Below are positions 63,438 to 64,000 of a DNA stretch of 64,000 bases, piece after piece. The notes beneath the pieces are model-generated. The model was not told the origin of the DNA. It did not search any database and saw only the letters and a program-made list of their open reading frames with translations. The stretch lies in NCBI GenBank assembly GCA_037379345.1, contig CM074514.1, forward strand, positions 11,222,001 through 11,286,000. The letters are read 5' to 3'. Position 1 is the first letter of the stretch. Each line of letters opens with the position of its first letter. A program made the position numbers and the translations under genes. The DNA is from Perna viridis (taxonomy: Eukaryota).

Positions 63438-64000
63438 ATGTATTTAAAAATTTATGGCTTAATTATAAGCAAAATGAATGATGGAAATTATTAACTATGC
63501 AAAGTTTTCCAAATTACTGTCTAAAATGTTTATTTTCATTGTCAACCCAAAGTAAAGGGCTGTAGTTTAGGAATTTTCCATTTTTGTAAACAATTATGCC
63601 CACTTATCTGCAAACTTTCTTTTCATAAAGATATCTGTAAATATTTTCTAATTAAATTTAATTGAATGTTTAATAGTAATTTCACCAAAAATAAGGAAAA
63701 AGTATCAAGCACTGGTTGTGCCAGTCTCAAAAAATAGATGGATCATGTGATCAATATTTATCTCCCCACTTTTTAATACCTAAAGTTTTAAGAATATAGC
63801 CCAAAGGACTAGTTTTGATTTGATGCTGGAGCTTTTTTATATTATAAATGAAAATTTATTTCAATATTATAAAATATCTTTGTAGTGTATTCATTTTTTT
63901 TCAATAAATTTTTACTCTTAATTTTTAAAACTTTTTTTGTTAAATTATAATGCCAATTGTTGAAATAACTCCTTTACAGGCAATATAAGCAACCTCATAC

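Overview
AT-rich eukaryotic genomic DNA, most likely from a bivalve mollusc such as an oyster. That call is inferred from the repeat families and frequent TACATGTA motifs. Three intron-containing genes can be assembled by hand with consistent GT-AG junctions and reading-frame phases. (1) A complete outspread/MPRIP/TRIOBP-family gene on + (23 coding exons, 5549-48439, ~2587 aa) with two PH domains and a long coiled coil, including a 4104-nt exon. (2) A complete 3-exon TOMM22 on - (58318-51807, 123 aa). (3) The first six coding exons of exportin-6 (XPO6) on +, head-to-head with TOMM22 and running off the window. Upstream of the first gene are a decayed CR1/L2-group LINE and a non-autonomous Mutator-like element (TIRs, 9-bp TSD) carrying a near-complete LINE ORF2. 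Introns hold Helentron/HINE-type elements with ~166-bp tandem units, TA- and TTAA-specific MITEs, SINE pieces and relics of two Penelope-like clades. The most notable unannotated signals are a candidate internal first exon giving a PH1-less isoform, an in-frame alternative acceptor adding a hydrophobic segment, a U1-5'-end/antisense-exon ambiguity, and a structured Naiad-type 3' UTR. I found no convincing wholly novel system.
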